NCBI GenBank assembly: GCA_965205505.1
Contig: CBDBHB010000009.1
Coordinates: 608,001 to 672,000 of the forward strand
DNA from: Acidobacteriota bacterium
GTDB taxonomy: Bacteria > Acidobacteriota > UBA890 > WLXD01
DNA: 64,000 nucleotides
Direction: 5' to 3'
In this document: positions 27,085-37,405 of the stretch, piece by piece
How positions within the stretch are numbered: the first letter of the stretch is position 1
How the letters are laid out: the number at the start of each line of letters is the position of its first letter
Program-made: the position numbers and the translations under genes
Notes under the pieces: generated by a model
Told to the model about the DNA's origin: nothing
Seen by the model: only the letters and a program-made list of their open reading frames with translations
Databases searched by the model: none

Positions 27085-28721
27085 GCCTGCAGTGCGTGTC
27101 TCGAGGCGGTTCGGCGGCTCACGTCAGACGAGCAGCCCTGATTGTCGCCGCCGCGCAGCTGCTGACGGTCGGTTCGCTGTCAGCCCAGCAGGTGCCCTAC
27201 GAGCGACTCAAGCGTGCCGCAGAGGAGCCGCACAACTGGCTCACCTATTCGGGAACCTACAACTCCGAGCGCTTCTCTCTGTTGAACGAGATCACGCCGG
27301 CCAACGTGACCGGCTTGGGCGTCGTTTGGGTCTATCAGACCAGCCCCGGGTTGGTGGAAACGACTCCGCTAGTGGTGGACGGCGTCATGTACCTGACCGA
27401 GCCACCGAGCACGGTCACGGCGCTCGACGTGCGCACCGGTCGGCGTATCTGGCGCTGGAGGGCGTCTGTCCCGGCGGAGGTCAAGCACATCGGCTTTCCG
27501 GCGGTGAATCGCGGCGTGGGGATCCTCGACGAGACCGTGTACGTGGGCACGCTCGATGGTCGAACGGTGGCCCTCGACGCGGCCTCCGGGGTTGAGCGCT
27601 GGAGCGCCCAGGTTGCCGACAACGACCTCGGTTTCTCGGTCACGGCGGCGCCGCTGGCGATCGACGGCAAGGTGATCATCGGCGTGAGCGGCGCCGAGGC
27701 CGGCATCCGTGGCTTCATCGACGCCTACTCCACCGAGGACGGCTCGTTGCTGTGGCGCACCCATACAGTGCCGGCGGTCGGAGAAGCAGGGAGTGAGACT
27801 TGGGGTGGCGACAGCTGGATGACCGGTGGTGGCTCCACCTGGCTGACAGGCTCCTACGATCCCGACCTGAACCTGCTGTACTGGGGGATCGGCAACCCTG
27901 CACCCGACTGGAACGGCGACGACCGGCCCGGCGACAACCTCTACACCTGCTCGTTGCTGGCGCTCGACGCCGACACCGGCGAGATTCGCTGGCACTTCCA
28001 GTTCACCCCACACGACACGCACGACTGGGACGCCAACGAGATCCCGGTGCTCGTCGATCTGGAGTGGGACGGGGAAATGCGGAAGGTGGTGACGATGGCC
28101 AACCGCAACGCCTTCTACTACGTGCTCGACCGAGAGACCGGGGAGTTTCTCCACGGCAGCGAGTACTCCAAGCAGACCTGGGCCGAGGGGCTCGACGATG
28201 CCGGCCGTCCGATCGTCATTCCCAATACCGAGCCGACCGAGGAAGGGACTCTCGTATGGCCCAGCCTGCAGGGCGCGACCAACTGGTTCAGCCCCAGCTA
28301 CAGTCCGCTTACCGAGCTCTTCTACGTGGCCGTGCGGCATATGGGCGCCGTCTACTACAAGGGCGAGGCCGAGTACGAGCCCGGCATGCCGTTCATGGGC
28401 GGCGGCGAGCAGGCGCTCAGCGGCGACGATGCTGGCGGCTTCGTCAAAGCGCTCGACGTGCGTACCGGGGAGCTGCGCTGGGAGTTTCCGTTGTTGACGC
28501 CTCCCTGGGCGGGCGTCATGGCGACCGCCGGCGGGCTGGTGTTTGGCGGATCCGAAGAGGGCAACTTCTTTGCTCTCGATGCCAGCACCGGCAAGACGCT
28601 ATGGGATTTCCAGGCCGGGGCGGCGGTGCGGTCCAACCCGATGGCCTTCGAGGTCGACGGCAAGCAGCGAATTGCGATGTCGGCGGGTGACGCTGTCTTC
28701 GTGTTCGGACTTCGTGACTGA
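27081..28721 (+). CDS. PQQ-dependent dehydrogenase (alcohol/methanol dehydrogenase-like fold)
   Basis: ETTPLVVDGVMY, NRG, GGGSTW, GNPAP, FQFTPHDTHDWD, NRNAFYYVLDR, Trp-docking repeats. Confidence 0.92.
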   Translation: MSLQCVSRGGSAAHVRRAALIVAAAQLLTVGSLSAQQVPYERLKRAAEEPHNWLTYSGTYNSERFSLLNEITPANVTGLGVVWVYQTSPGLVETTPLVVDGVMYLTEPPSTVTALDVRTGRRIWRWRASVPAEVKHIGFPAVNRGVGILDETVYVGTLDGRTVALDAASGVERWSAQVADNDLGFSVTAAPLAIDGKVIIGVSGAEAGIRGFIDAYSTEDGSLLWRTHTVPAVGEAGSETWGGDSWMTGGGSTWLTGSYDPDLNLLYWGIGNPAPDWNGDDRPGDNLYTCSLLALDADTGEIRWHFQFTPHDTHDWDANEIPVLVDLEWDGEMRKVVTMANRNAFYYVLDRETGEFLHGSEYSKQTWAEGLDDAGRPIVIPNTEPTEEGTLVWPSLQGATNWFSPSYSPLTELFYVAVRHMGAVYYKGEAEYEPGMPFMGGGEQALSGDDAGGFVKALDVRTGELRWEFPLLTPPWAGVMATAGGLVFGGSEEGNFFALDASTGKTLWDFQAGAAVRSNPMAFEVDGKQRIAMSAGDAVFVFGLRD

Positions 28722-29529
28722 TCTCGCCGACTACTACGGCGCCGGTTACGCGGAGTTCGCCTCCGATCTCTACACCGCCATTCGCGCCGAGGCGTTCGAC
28801 GATGACATTGGCCAGCACAGCTGGCTCACCGCGGCGGAGCAGGACCTGTTCATCGCGTGGCTCGAGGTCGACGCGAGCTCGCGGCTGCTCGACGTCGCCT
28901 GCGGGTCGGGCGGACCGACCCTGCGAATCGCCCACCGAAGCGGTTGCCGTGTGCATGGAATCGACATCGAAGGCGCTGCTGTGCGGGCGGCGAATCGACA
29001 GTCGGAGGACGCCGGCCTGGCCGAGCGCGTCCGCTTCGATACCCAAGATGCGGGTGAGCAGCTGCCGTTCGCGAACGAGGCGTTCGATGCGCTGATCTGT
29101 ATCGACGCGGTCACGCACCTGCCCGATCGGAGCCGTGTGTTCTGCGATTGGGCGCGTGTCCTGCGCCCTGGCGGGCGCCTTGTCTTCACCGACGCCGTCA
29201 CCGTCAGCGGTGTGCTCAGCGCGGAGGAAATACGGGTGCGAGCATCCATTGGCAGCGTGTTCTTCGCACCTCCGGGGCTCGACGGCGACCTGCTCGACGC
29301 GGCCGGGTTCGAGGTCGATCGTGTCGAGGACCGCACGGAGAACGTGGCGAGCACAGCGGCACGGCGACACACGGCGCGCGCCGCGCACGAGGCGGACCTG
29401 CGACAGATCGAGGGCGGCGCGACGTTCGAAAGCCAGCAGGAGTTCCTGGCCATGGCGGCAAAGCTGGCTGCCGAGCGACGGCTGTCGCGTTTCGCGTTTC
29501 GCTGCCTGCTTCGACGGACCGACGCCTGA
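28714..29529 (+). CDS. Class I SAM-dependent methyltransferase
   Basis: LLDVACGSGG, GIDI, LPFANEAFD, RVLRPGGRL; GTG start overlapping the upstream stop. Confidence 0.88.
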   Translation: MTDLADYYGAGYAEFASDLYTAIRAEAFDDDIGQHSWLTAAEQDLFIAWLEVDASSRLLDVACGSGGPTLRIAHRSGCRVHGIDIEGAAVRAANRQSEDAGLAERVRFDTQDAGEQLPFANEAFDALICIDAVTHLPDRSRVFCDWARVLRPGGRLVFTDAVTVSGVLSAEEIRVRASIGSVFFAPPGLDGDLLDAAGFEVDRVEDRTENVASTAARRHTARAAHEADLRQIEGGATFESQQEFLAMAAKLAAERRLSRFAFRCLLRRTDA

Positions 29530-29569
29530 TCGCTGGCTCGCCCAGCGTTATTGTTAGCGATGCGCGAGA

Positions 29570-30421
29570 CTACTGGAAAAACTGCAAGCCGTGCCACACC
29601 GATGCCAGGATGGCGATGGCGTTCAGCCCCAAGCACACGAACGCGGCGACGAAGTGGCCGGCGTGCTCGTCGCTTCTCGGATCGAGGAGCCGCGCCGCCA
29701 GATAGCCGCCGCCGAAGCCGCCCAGATGCGCCCAGTTGTCGATGAACGGCACGATCAGCCCGATCACCACGAAGATGCCCACCCAGCGCCACACTTGCTG
29801 CCCGATGCTGCTGGGACCGCCGAGCCGGCTGTAGACGACGAGCGCTCCGAACAGGCCGAACAGCGGCGCCGACGCACCGATGGTAAAGCCGGCGCCGGCG
29901 AGCGGGCCGAGGAAGGGGAACAGGCCCATGATCGAGGTGGCTGCGAAGCCGGCGGCGGCCGACGCGGTGTAGATGATCACCAGTCGGCCGACGCCGTAGA
30001 ACTCGCTGACCGCCGGCATGAGCTGGCGTAGCCACATCATGTTCATGACGATGTGTAGCAACCCGCCATGCAGCCACGCTGCGCTCAGCACGGTCCACCA
30101 ACGGCCGTAGCCGAAGACCGGCAAGGCACCGCTGGCCCCGAACAGGAAAAGCGGCCGCTGGCCGGGCGACAACATCGACAGCAAGCCGCCGCGGCCGATC
30201 GCCGACGGATCGCCCAGCAGCGTGATGACGAACAGAGCGGCGCAAACGAAGAGCACGATCTCGGTGAAGCCGAGGCCGTGACCGAGCTTGTTGAGTAGCG
30301 GAGCGAACCCCCACAGGCCGGGGTTGAAGCGGCCGCAGCGGAAGCAGCGATCGTCGCGCACCCCGACCAGGCTGCCGCAGCTGGGGCAGACGACGGAACC
30401 GCTAGTCGGTCGGTTGAACAA
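29570..30421 (-). CDS. Rhomboid intramembrane serine protease with N-terminal Cys4 zinc ribbon
   Basis: CPSC...CFRC; WLHGGLLHIVMNM, GASA, DNWAHLGG. Confidence 0.92.
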   Translation of the reverse strand: MFNRPTSGSVVCPSCGSLVGVRDDRCFRCGRFNPGLWGFAPLLNKLGHGLGFTEIVLFVCAALFVITLLGDPSAIGRGGLLSMLSPGQRPLFLFGASGALPVFGYGRWWTVLSAAWLHGGLLHIVMNMMWLRQLMPAVSEFYGVGRLVIIYTASAAAGFAATSIMGLFPFLGPLAGAGFTIGASAPLFGLFGALVVYSRLGGPSSIGQQVWRWVGIFVVIGLIVPFIDNWAHLGGFGGGYLAARLLDPRSDEHAGHFVAAFVCLGLNAIAILASVWHGLQFFQ

Positions 30422-30443
30422 TCGTGGGTGTCCTAGTTGGGCG

Positions 30444-33080
30444 CTATCGATCGCTCCATGAGCAGGCGGCGCTTGCGGGGAAGAGTGAATCGAGCATCGA
30501 GCCGACGGGCGGTAGGTCGGCGCTCATCAGCGAGGGGTCGAGCCACGAAGGTGCGGGCTGTCCGATCGGCGCGCCAGGTGGGGCGGTTTGCTGACGAGAC
30601 TGCGAGTAGGCTGCGGCCGGGCGGGTCAGAAACCGTTCGACGTCGCGCTCCAGCAGCGCGAAGTGTGCCTGGCTGGGTCCGATCATCTCGTCGGCTTGCC
30701 CAATCCGGGCGGCAATGCGCAAGCTCATCGTGGCCAACTGGGAGGTGGCGATCGCCCGCACCTGAGGCATGGGCGCGTTGGCGGCCAACGACATCACCTG
30801 TTCGACGACGGCGCGCTGAACGGCGCGAACAATCTCCTGCTCATAGCCGTCGTCGGTCTCCATGGTGAACACCGTCTGGAAGGTGTGGGCGAGCACCTCG
30901 ACGAGGCCCGGCAGCGAGCTGTCGAGCGCGTGCTGCTGCACCATTCGCGCAGCGCGGGCCGGGTTGAAGATGTTCGCGGCCACGTGCTGAGCTGCCACCA
31001 CCGCTGGTGTGATGGCGTCGAACGTCATCCCGGTGTAGCGCGGAAACAGCTCGCGGTGGCGGCCGTAGCCCGATGGCCTGGGTGGTAGCTGTGCCAGGAC
31101 CGAGCGCGGCACGGCCAACTCAGCGGGTTGCAGCGTCGCCAGCAGGGCTTCGAGTGCCGCCATCTGCTCGATGCCGGGCACGGCCCCGGTGGCGTTGCCG
31201 TGGCCGTCACCGCGTAGTGCGTAGTGGTAGTTCGAGCCGCCGATGGCGGAGGCCGTCGCCTCTATCTGATAGCGATGATGCAGGTACAGCGGCACCAGCG
31301 CCTCTTCGATGGTCGCCAGCGGCGCTCCGAGCGTGATGGCGTTGTCGCCCAAGCGATCGAGCGCGTGCCGGCGAACCGCCATCATGCGGTTGAGCTCGGC
31401 GGCCGGATCATCGCCGTTGGCCCACTGGTGTACGCGCGGCTGCGCCGACATGTCCTGGTTGGTCATGTAGATGACGTCGCGCTCCCAGGCCTCGTCGAGG
31501 ATGGCGCGGAGCTCCTCTGCCTCGTCGGCCCCAGGCGGGAAGTCCTGGTAGGCGTACGTCACCGCAACCTTGTCCCATTCGCCTATCTTGTCGTCGTAGA
31601 CGGCCGAGTAGTCGAGCTCGCCGTCGTCGGTGAGCTCGATCAGCGGATGCGGGTAGTCCATCACCGAGATGCGGCCCAGGCTGCTGGCGTAGTAGTTGTG
31701 GCCGAAGCCAAGCGTGTGGCCGACCTCGTGCGCCGACAGCTGCCGTAGTCGGGCAAGCGCCCACTCAGCCAACTCGGGAGGGGTCTCGGTGCCGTTCTCG
31801 TAGGGCGACAGCAGCCCCTCGGCGATCAGGTAGTCCTGGCGCACACGCAGCGACCCGAGCGTTACCCGACCCTTGATGATCTCGCCGGTGCGCGGATCGC
31901 TGACCGATCCACCGTAGCTCCAGCCGCGCGTAGAGCGATGCACCCACTGGATGATGTTGTAGCGCACGTCCATGTTGTCGGCGCCCTCGGGCAGCATCTC
32001 CACTTGGAAGCCATTGCGATAGCCGGCCGCCTCGTACGCCTGGTTCCACCAGCGTGCTCCATCCAGCAGCGCCGAGCGGATGGGCTCGGGGGTGCCCCGG
32101 TCCAGGTAGTAGACGATGGGCTCGACGGCGTCCGAGACCGCGGCGCTGGGGTCGACCTTCTCCAGCCGGTGACGGTTGACGAACCGTTTGGTCAACGATG
32201 TGCCGAGCGGCACCGCGTAGTCCTCGTAGGTGAGGCCGAAGGCGCCGGATCGCGGGTCGAAGGCGCGGGGTTCGTAGCCGCCGTCGGGTAGCTCCACGAA
32301 CTGGTGATGAGTGCGGACGGTCACCGCCTCGGTGCTCGGGGTTACCGCCGATAGCGAGCCCCGCCCGAAACCACCGCCAGGCCCAGGCTGCGTCCCGAAC
32401 CCGCCGAAGCCGCTACTTCCACCGCCCTGAGTGGTAAATGTGAGGGTGGCGTTCATGATGATGTTCTTCGGGAAGGCCTTGGTGTGTTCCCTCGAGATGG
32501 CGCTGCGCGAGCTGTCGAGCCGATACTGGGCCGGTTGCAGGTTGACCGCGACACCGTGAGTGTCGCGCAACAGAAACTCGGTCATATTGACCAACGCGCG
32601 GTCGTCGGTCTCGGCGGCGACCGTGAAGCCCCAAAGCACCGACTGCGCGAACGCTTCCTCGACCGCCACGCGCTCATCGGCGTTGTCGCTGTCGGCGCGG
32701 TATCTCAGGTTGGGCTGCAGCATCAGGATCTTGGGGCCAACACGCTCGAACCTGACGAGATTACTGCCGCCGCCCTGTCCTCGATCGAGTCCGATGTCGT
32801 TGGAACCCAGCCCCGCCGCCAGGCCGCGGACGTACAGGACGTCCTCGTCGAACCTGGCGATCTCCATGTAGAGCGTGCCCGCGGCGACATCCCAATAGAG
32901 TGGGAAGAGGCCGTCGAGCTTCTCCATCGCGGCGACCTTCTCCTCGATCGAGGGCGGTGATTCAGAAGCAGCCGCGGTGAGATCGTCGGGCTCCTGGGCC
33001 AGGGTGGGCGTCGGAGCGCTCATGAGCACGGCAAGCAGGCAAGCGATGCGTCGGGCGCCCAGCCATCGACGTTCGATCAA
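30444..33080 (-). CDS. Secreted zinc-dependent metalloprotease (EcxA/DUF5117-DUF4953 type)
   Basis: HEVGHTLGFGHN, SVMDYP Met-turn, DPRTGEIIK; TTG start after GGAGG. Confidence 0.9.
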   Translation of the reverse strand: MIERRWLGARRIACLLAVLMSAPTPTLAQEPDDLTAAASESPPSIEEKVAAMEKLDGLFPLYWDVAAGTLYMEIARFDEDVLYVRGLAAGLGSNDIGLDRGQGGGSNLVRFERVGPKILMLQPNLRYRADSDNADERVAVEEAFAQSVLWGFTVAAETDDRALVNMTEFLLRDTHGVAVNLQPAQYRLDSSRSAISREHTKAFPKNIIMNATLTFTTQGGGSSGFGGFGTQPGPGGGFGRGSLSAVTPSTEAVTVRTHHQFVELPDGGYEPRAFDPRSGAFGLTYEDYAVPLGTSLTKRFVNRHRLEKVDPSAAVSDAVEPIVYYLDRGTPEPIRSALLDGARWWNQAYEAAGYRNGFQVEMLPEGADNMDVRYNIIQWVHRSTRGWSYGGSVSDPRTGEIIKGRVTLGSLRVRQDYLIAEGLLSPYENGTETPPELAEWALARLRQLSAHEVGHTLGFGHNYYASSLGRISVMDYPHPLIELTDDGELDYSAVYDDKIGEWDKVAVTYAYQDFPPGADEAEELRAILDEAWERDVIYMTNQDMSAQPRVHQWANGDDPAAELNRMMAVRRHALDRLGDNAITLGAPLATIEEALVPLYLHHRYQIEATASAIGGSNYHYALRGDGHGNATGAVPGIEQMAALEALLATLQPAELAVPRSVLAQLPPRPSGYGRHRELFPRYTGMTFDAITPAVVAAQHVAANIFNPARAARMVQQHALDSSLPGLVEVLAHTFQTVFTMETDDGYEQEIVRAVQRAVVEQVMSLAANAPMPQVRAIATSQLATMSLRIAARIGQADEMIGPSQAHFALLERDVERFLTRPAAAYSQSRQQTAPPGAPIGQPAPSWLDPSLMSADLPPVGSMLDSLFPASAACSWSDR

Positions 33081-33510
33081 GGTGAACCTCCGGAGGAATG
33101 GGTCCCGCGGGCACCTGGCTCCGGCCGGCCGGGTCGGGCAAGGGCGCTCGGGAAGGATGTCAGTTAGCGGAAGTCGCCAGTGTGCCAAGAGTGGCGCCAA
33201 TCACCAAGTCGGGGCCGAGGTTGCCATGGAGAGCGCCCCGACGATGCCGACAGACCGGTGTTGTCCAGCGGAACCCGTCGCCCGGCCCTTCTGGGGTCCC
33301 CGACACCGATCCCGTCTGCCATCGTTGATCGGGACCAGAACACGTTGATTCACGCCGCCGCAGGTTTCTCCAGCGGTGGTGGTTATCCGGGTTTGATGGT
33401 GCTCGCCGGGCTAGATCCGGCAAGCTTCGATCGGTCGCTGCGCTCCGTCTGACGTAGTGCTGAAGCAGCCAGTCGCGCTGCGGCGAGCACCACCAGTTCT
33501 CAACGGCCGG

Positions 33511-34494
33511 TCAGCCCGACGGGGCGCGCATCCGTGCCACTTCCGCCTCGGCAGCGATGTATCCGAAGGCGGCCCAGCTGGTGCCCTCGAGAATGCGCTC
33601 GAAGATCTCGAGGGCGCGCGTCTCGTTGCCGTTGTAGAGGTACCAGTTGCCCACGCCGTATCCCTGCGTGGCGATGTTCAAGGCGACATCCGGATCATCG
33701 ACCGCCCGCAGGTCGAGTAGGTCATCGGGGTCCACCTCGCCCTTGTACATGAGCAGGCGCTGGTGGTACGCGTCGTTTTCCACCACCTCCAGGTCGGCCG
33801 TGATCGGGGCGAGTAAGTCGATGGCCTCAGCGTCGCGTCCGAGCCGCCGCAAGCTCATGTACATCCAGTCGCTGGTGGCTACGAGCAGATCGGGGTTGTC
33901 GGAGACCTGCATGCAGCTCCGGTATGCCTCCAGCGCCGCCTCGAAGTCGCCGCGCAAGTAATGGGCGAGTGCGAGGTGGTACCAGATGTTGAACTTGTCG
34001 GTCGACAGCGGCGTGTTGAGACGGTTGGGGATGCCGTCCGGCTCGATGGCGTCGTCGAAGCCGGATGCGAGCCGTGCGGCCACCTCGAGGTCAGCCATGG
34101 CGTCGTCGAATCGCCGTAGCGAGATGAATCGGTGGCCTCGGTGGCGGCGCAAACGGTACGAGTCGGGATACATCTGCAGCCCGTCGCCATAGATCGCCAC
34201 CGCATCGCCGAAGCGACCGGCGTAGGCGACGCGCCTGCCGAGCCAGATGAGCGTGTCTTCATCGGGGTCGGCCTCGTGTGCAGCTCGCGCACTCTCGATG
34301 TTGGCATTGAGCTCCGCAAGACGCTCGGCCGTCGGCCGGGCAGCGTACAGGGGCTTGCCGAGCAACGATGTGGCTTCGGGCGCGGCGGTCGTTGTGGCGC
34401 CCGCGACAGGGTCTCCGGCGCGCCCACCGTCGTCGGTTGGTGAGCCGCCGCAAGCAGCAAGGAACAGAGCGAGCAAGCAGGTGAACGATCGCAT
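33511..34494 (-). CDS. Tetratricopeptide-repeat lipoprotein
   Basis: Lipobox LAAC; TPR-like helices (WYHLALAHYLRGDFEAALEAY). Confidence 0.82.
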   Translation of the reverse strand: MRSFTCLLALFLAACGGSPTDDGGRAGDPVAGATTTAAPEATSLLGKPLYAARPTAERLAELNANIESARAAHEADPDEDTLIWLGRRVAYAGRFGDAVAIYGDGLQMYPDSYRLRRHRGHRFISLRRFDDAMADLEVAARLASGFDDAIEPDGIPNRLNTPLSTDKFNIWYHLALAHYLRGDFEAALEAYRSCMQVSDNPDLLVATSDWMYMSLRRLGRDAEAIDLLAPITADLEVVENDAYHQRLLMYKGEVDPDDLLDLRAVDDPDVALNIATQGYGVGNWYLYNGNETRALEIFERILEGTSWAAFGYIAAEAEVARMRAPSG

Positions 34495-34590
34495 CGTCGG
34501 TTCCTCGTGCTCAGAGGGGCGGATTGGTCCGGGAGCCGGCAGGGTGTCGCAGCGCCGCGGGCGGATAGCTCCTTGTCTTACACAATGACC

Positions 34591-34869
34591 CTAATGGTCG
34601 GGACGCAGCGAAACCAGCGTTGCGCCCCAGCTCGATGCGTCGCCGGCGAGGCGATAGGAGGCAACATCGTCGCGGCGTTCCAAGGCGGCGTGGACGATGC
34701 GTCGCAGCGTGCCGGTGCCCTTGCCGTGAATAATGCGGATCTCGGTGATGCAGTGTTCGCGGCAGGCGTCGAGGTAGTCGTCAACCAGCTCCTTGGCGTC
34801 GCGTGGGTGGAATGTGTGCAGGTCGAGAACGCCGTCGATCGGTAGCTCGATGGCGTCATCGTCGTTCAA
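34591..34869 (-). CDS. Smr/MutS2 domain protein
   Basis: LDLH, IIHGKGTG.LR, WGAT. Confidence 0.92.
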   Translation of the reverse strand: MNDDDAIELPIDGVLDLHTFHPRDAKELVDDYLDACREHCITEIRIIHGKGTGTLRRIVHAALERRDDVASYRLAGDASSWGATLVSLRPDH

Positions 34870-34883
34870 CTCGACCCCCGGGG

Positions 34884-35060
34884 TCAGGGAGGCGCGGCCG
34901 CGCCTTCTTCGTACAACGTCAGCTTGTCGAGCTCATCGGCAGCGGTATGCGCGCCGATCATAACCGGTCTCTTGGCCGTCGCGCCGGCGATGATCTCGCC
35001 GACCGTGTGGCGCGGGCGCGGGATCGCATCGCTGCCGTCGGCGCGATCGCGATCCGCCAT
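34884..35060 (-). CDS. Small hypothetical protein (58 aa), below the ORF-track cutoff
   Basis: MADRDRADGSDAIPRPRHTVGEIIAGATAKRPV...; strong GC3 bias; co-oriented just upstream of the Smr gene. Confidence 0.45.
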   Translation of the reverse strand: MADRDRADGSDAIPRPRHTVGEIIAGATAKRPVMIGAHTAADELDKLTLYEEGAAAPP

Positions 35061-35252
35061 CACGACGAGTCTCGTTGACGATCGATACCTGCGGTACGCT
35101 AACGGCTACTTGTGCAGATGCTGATGCCGAAGGATCCACGGTTGGCCTCGCCCGGCGGCAGGTTTTGGGCCATTTGAACGCGCCCTGCACACCGGGTCGG
35201 GTCGAGACCGACAGAAAGGGACGCCGAAATGCATTCGAACGAACTGGAGACG

Positions 35253-36131
35253 GTGACCGTCGACCTCGCGTACGGAAGTCAGAGCATGGTCGAGTCGCTG
35301 CGCCGCGTTGCGGTCCGCATACCCGGCGAGGCGTTCGCTCATGCCGACCCGTTGACCTGGCACTACAGCTCAGCGCCCGACCTCGGTGAGGCGCGTGCCG
35401 AGCACGCGGCTCTGGTGGAGATTCTGCGCGACCACGGCGCCGAGGTGATCGAACACGCGCGACCCGCTGATGGCCTGGCCGACGCTATCTTCGTACACGA
35501 TCCGCTGTTGGTGACCGACCACGGAACGGTCGTTCTGCGTATGGGGAAGGAATTGCGGCGTGGCGAGGAGGAACCGCTGGCGGCTACGCTCGAGGACGCC
35601 GGCGTGCCGATCCTCGGCCGCTTGTCGGGCAGCGCCACGGCAGAAGGCGGCGATCTTGTTTGGCTCGATCACGACACGTTGGCAGTAGGCCAGGGGTTCC
35701 GCACCAACGCAGAGGGCCTCGCCCAGCTCGAATCTATCCTCGCACCGATCGGCGTGGCATGCGTGCCGGTGCCGCTGCCGTTCCACGATGGCGCCGCCGC
35801 ATGTCTGCACCTGATGTCGATCATCAGCATGCTCGACGACGATCTCGCGGTGGTCTATGAGCCGTTGCTTCCGGTTCCGTTCTGGCGCCTCCTCCAGGAT
35901 CGAGGCATCGAGCTCGTGCCCGTGCCGGACGAGGAGTTCCCCACCCAGGGGCCCAACGTATTGGCGCTTGCCCCGCGGCGTTGCGTGATGGTCGAGGACA
36001 ACACGCAGACGCGGGCGCGTCTCGAGGCGACCGGATGTGAGGTGCTTACGTATCGTGGGCGTGAGCTGTCGCTCAAGGCAGAGGGTGGCGCCACCTGCCT
36101 GACTCGGCCGGTATTGCGCTCTGCCTCGTGA
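35253..36131 (+). CDS. Amidinotransferase / dimethylarginine dimethylaminohydrolase / arginine deiminase superfamily enzyme
   Basis: IFVHD, RRGE, EGGD, RTN, LHL, GGATCLT; start GTG 35253 or ATG 35229. Confidence 0.88.
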   Translation: MTVDLAYGSQSMVESLRRVAVRIPGEAFAHADPLTWHYSSAPDLGEARAEHAALVEILRDHGAEVIEHARPADGLADAIFVHDPLLVTDHGTVVLRMGKELRRGEEEPLAATLEDAGVPILGRLSGSATAEGGDLVWLDHDTLAVGQGFRTNAEGLAQLESILAPIGVACVPVPLPFHDGAAACLHLMSIISMLDDDLAVVYEPLLPVPFWRLLQDRGIELVPVPDEEFPTQGPNVLALAPRRCVMVEDNTQTRARLEATGCEVLTYRGRELSLKAEGGATCLTRPVLRSAS

Positions 36132-37396
36132 GCTCGGTGCTCACGTCGCTGGAGCAGCGGGCGCTCGAGGCGCTCGATCTGGATGGCATGGTCGAACTGC
36201 TCGATCGTCTCGTGCGGGTCCGTAGCATCGGCGGCAAGGAGTTGCCGGCGCAGCAGCTCGCCGCCGACTTCATGGCAGCGTCCGGGCTGGACGTCGACAC
36301 CTGGTCGATCGATCTCGACGCACTGCGCCGTCATCCCTACTTCTGCGAGGAGATTCAGCGCGATTGTGCCCTCGGTGTGGTCGGGCGGCTGGGATCCGGC
36401 GACGGGCCGACGTTGCTGTTCAATGGCCATGTCGATGTCGTCGGCGCCGGCGATGAGTCCGACTGGAGCTCGCCGCCCTGGCAAGCGACCCTGCGCGACG
36501 GCGCGGTGTACGGTCGCGGGGCAGTAGACATGAAGGGCGGTGTATGCGCCGCAATGTGCGCTGCCAAGGCTCTGGTGGACGCGGGCGTGCGCCTGCGGGG
36601 ACGCCTATTGGTAGCACCCGTCGTGGGTGAGGAGGACGGCGGTACCGGAACGCTGGCTGCGATCGAGCGCGGTCACGTCGCCGATGCCGCGGTCATCATG
36701 GAGCCCACCCGCATGCGGATCGCGACGACGCACGCCGGTGCGTTGAATTTCCGAATTCGTCTCAAGGGGCTCTCGGCGCACGCCTGCATGCGTGCGGAGG
36801 GTGTCAGCGCCGTGGACAAGCTGCCGCCGTTGTTAGCCGCGCTCGCCGCGTTGGAGCAGCGCCGCACCGATCGCTACGACAATCCACTGTTCGCCGCGTA
36901 CGGCATCCCGTTTCCGCTTTCCGTTGGTCGTGTGCAAGCCGGCGACTGGCCATCGTCTGTCCCGGACTGGCTGGAGATCGAGGGGCGGTACGGTGTTGCC
37001 CCGGGCGAAAGCCTGGAGTCGGCGCGAGCGGAGTTTGAAGACACCCTCGCGTCGCTCGGCGAGCAAGATCCGTGGCTTGCCGAGCACCCACCCGCCCTGG
37101 AATGGTGGGGAGGGCAGTTCGAGCCCGCCGAGGTCGACCCGCAGGCGCCCATCGTCGATGCGGTCGCCGACGCCTATCGGGCCGTCAGCCAGCGCGACGC
37201 GGTGCTCGAAGGTATGACCTACGGCGCCGACATGCGGCTACTGGTCAACGTTGCCGGCATTCCCACGGTGATGTTCGGAGCGGGCGATGTTCGCCAGGCG
37301 CACCGGCCCGACGAGTTCGTGCCGTTGGACGAGTTGAAGGACCTAGCGCAGACGCTGTGCCTCACCGCGATGCGCTTCTGCGGCGTCGAGCGGTGA
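36128..37396 (+). CDS. ArgE/DapE family M20 deacylase
   Basis: NGHVDVV, GRGAVDMKGG, GEEDGG, EP, AHRPDE. Confidence 0.93.
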   Translation: MSSVLTSLEQRALEALDLDGMVELLDRLVRVRSIGGKELPAQQLAADFMAASGLDVDTWSIDLDALRRHPYFCEEIQRDCALGVVGRLGSGDGPTLLFNGHVDVVGAGDESDWSSPPWQATLRDGAVYGRGAVDMKGGVCAAMCAAKALVDAGVRLRGRLLVAPVVGEEDGGTGTLAAIERGHVADAAVIMEPTRMRIATTHAGALNFRIRLKGLSAHACMRAEGVSAVDKLPPLLAALAALEQRRTDRYDNPLFAAYGIPFPLSVGRVQAGDWPSSVPDWLEIEGRYGVAPGESLESARAEFEDTLASLGEQDPWLAEHPPALEWWGGQFEPAEVDPQAPIVDAVADAYRAVSQRDAVLEGMTYGADMRLLVNVAGIPTVMFGAGDVRQAHRPDEFVPLDELKDLAQTLCLTAMRFCGVER

Positions 37397-37405
37397 CCGG
37401 TCCGG

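Noticed and set aside
33200-33500. Possible small gene or riboswitch in this spacer
   Set aside because: No convincing codon bias, SD or known RNA motif.
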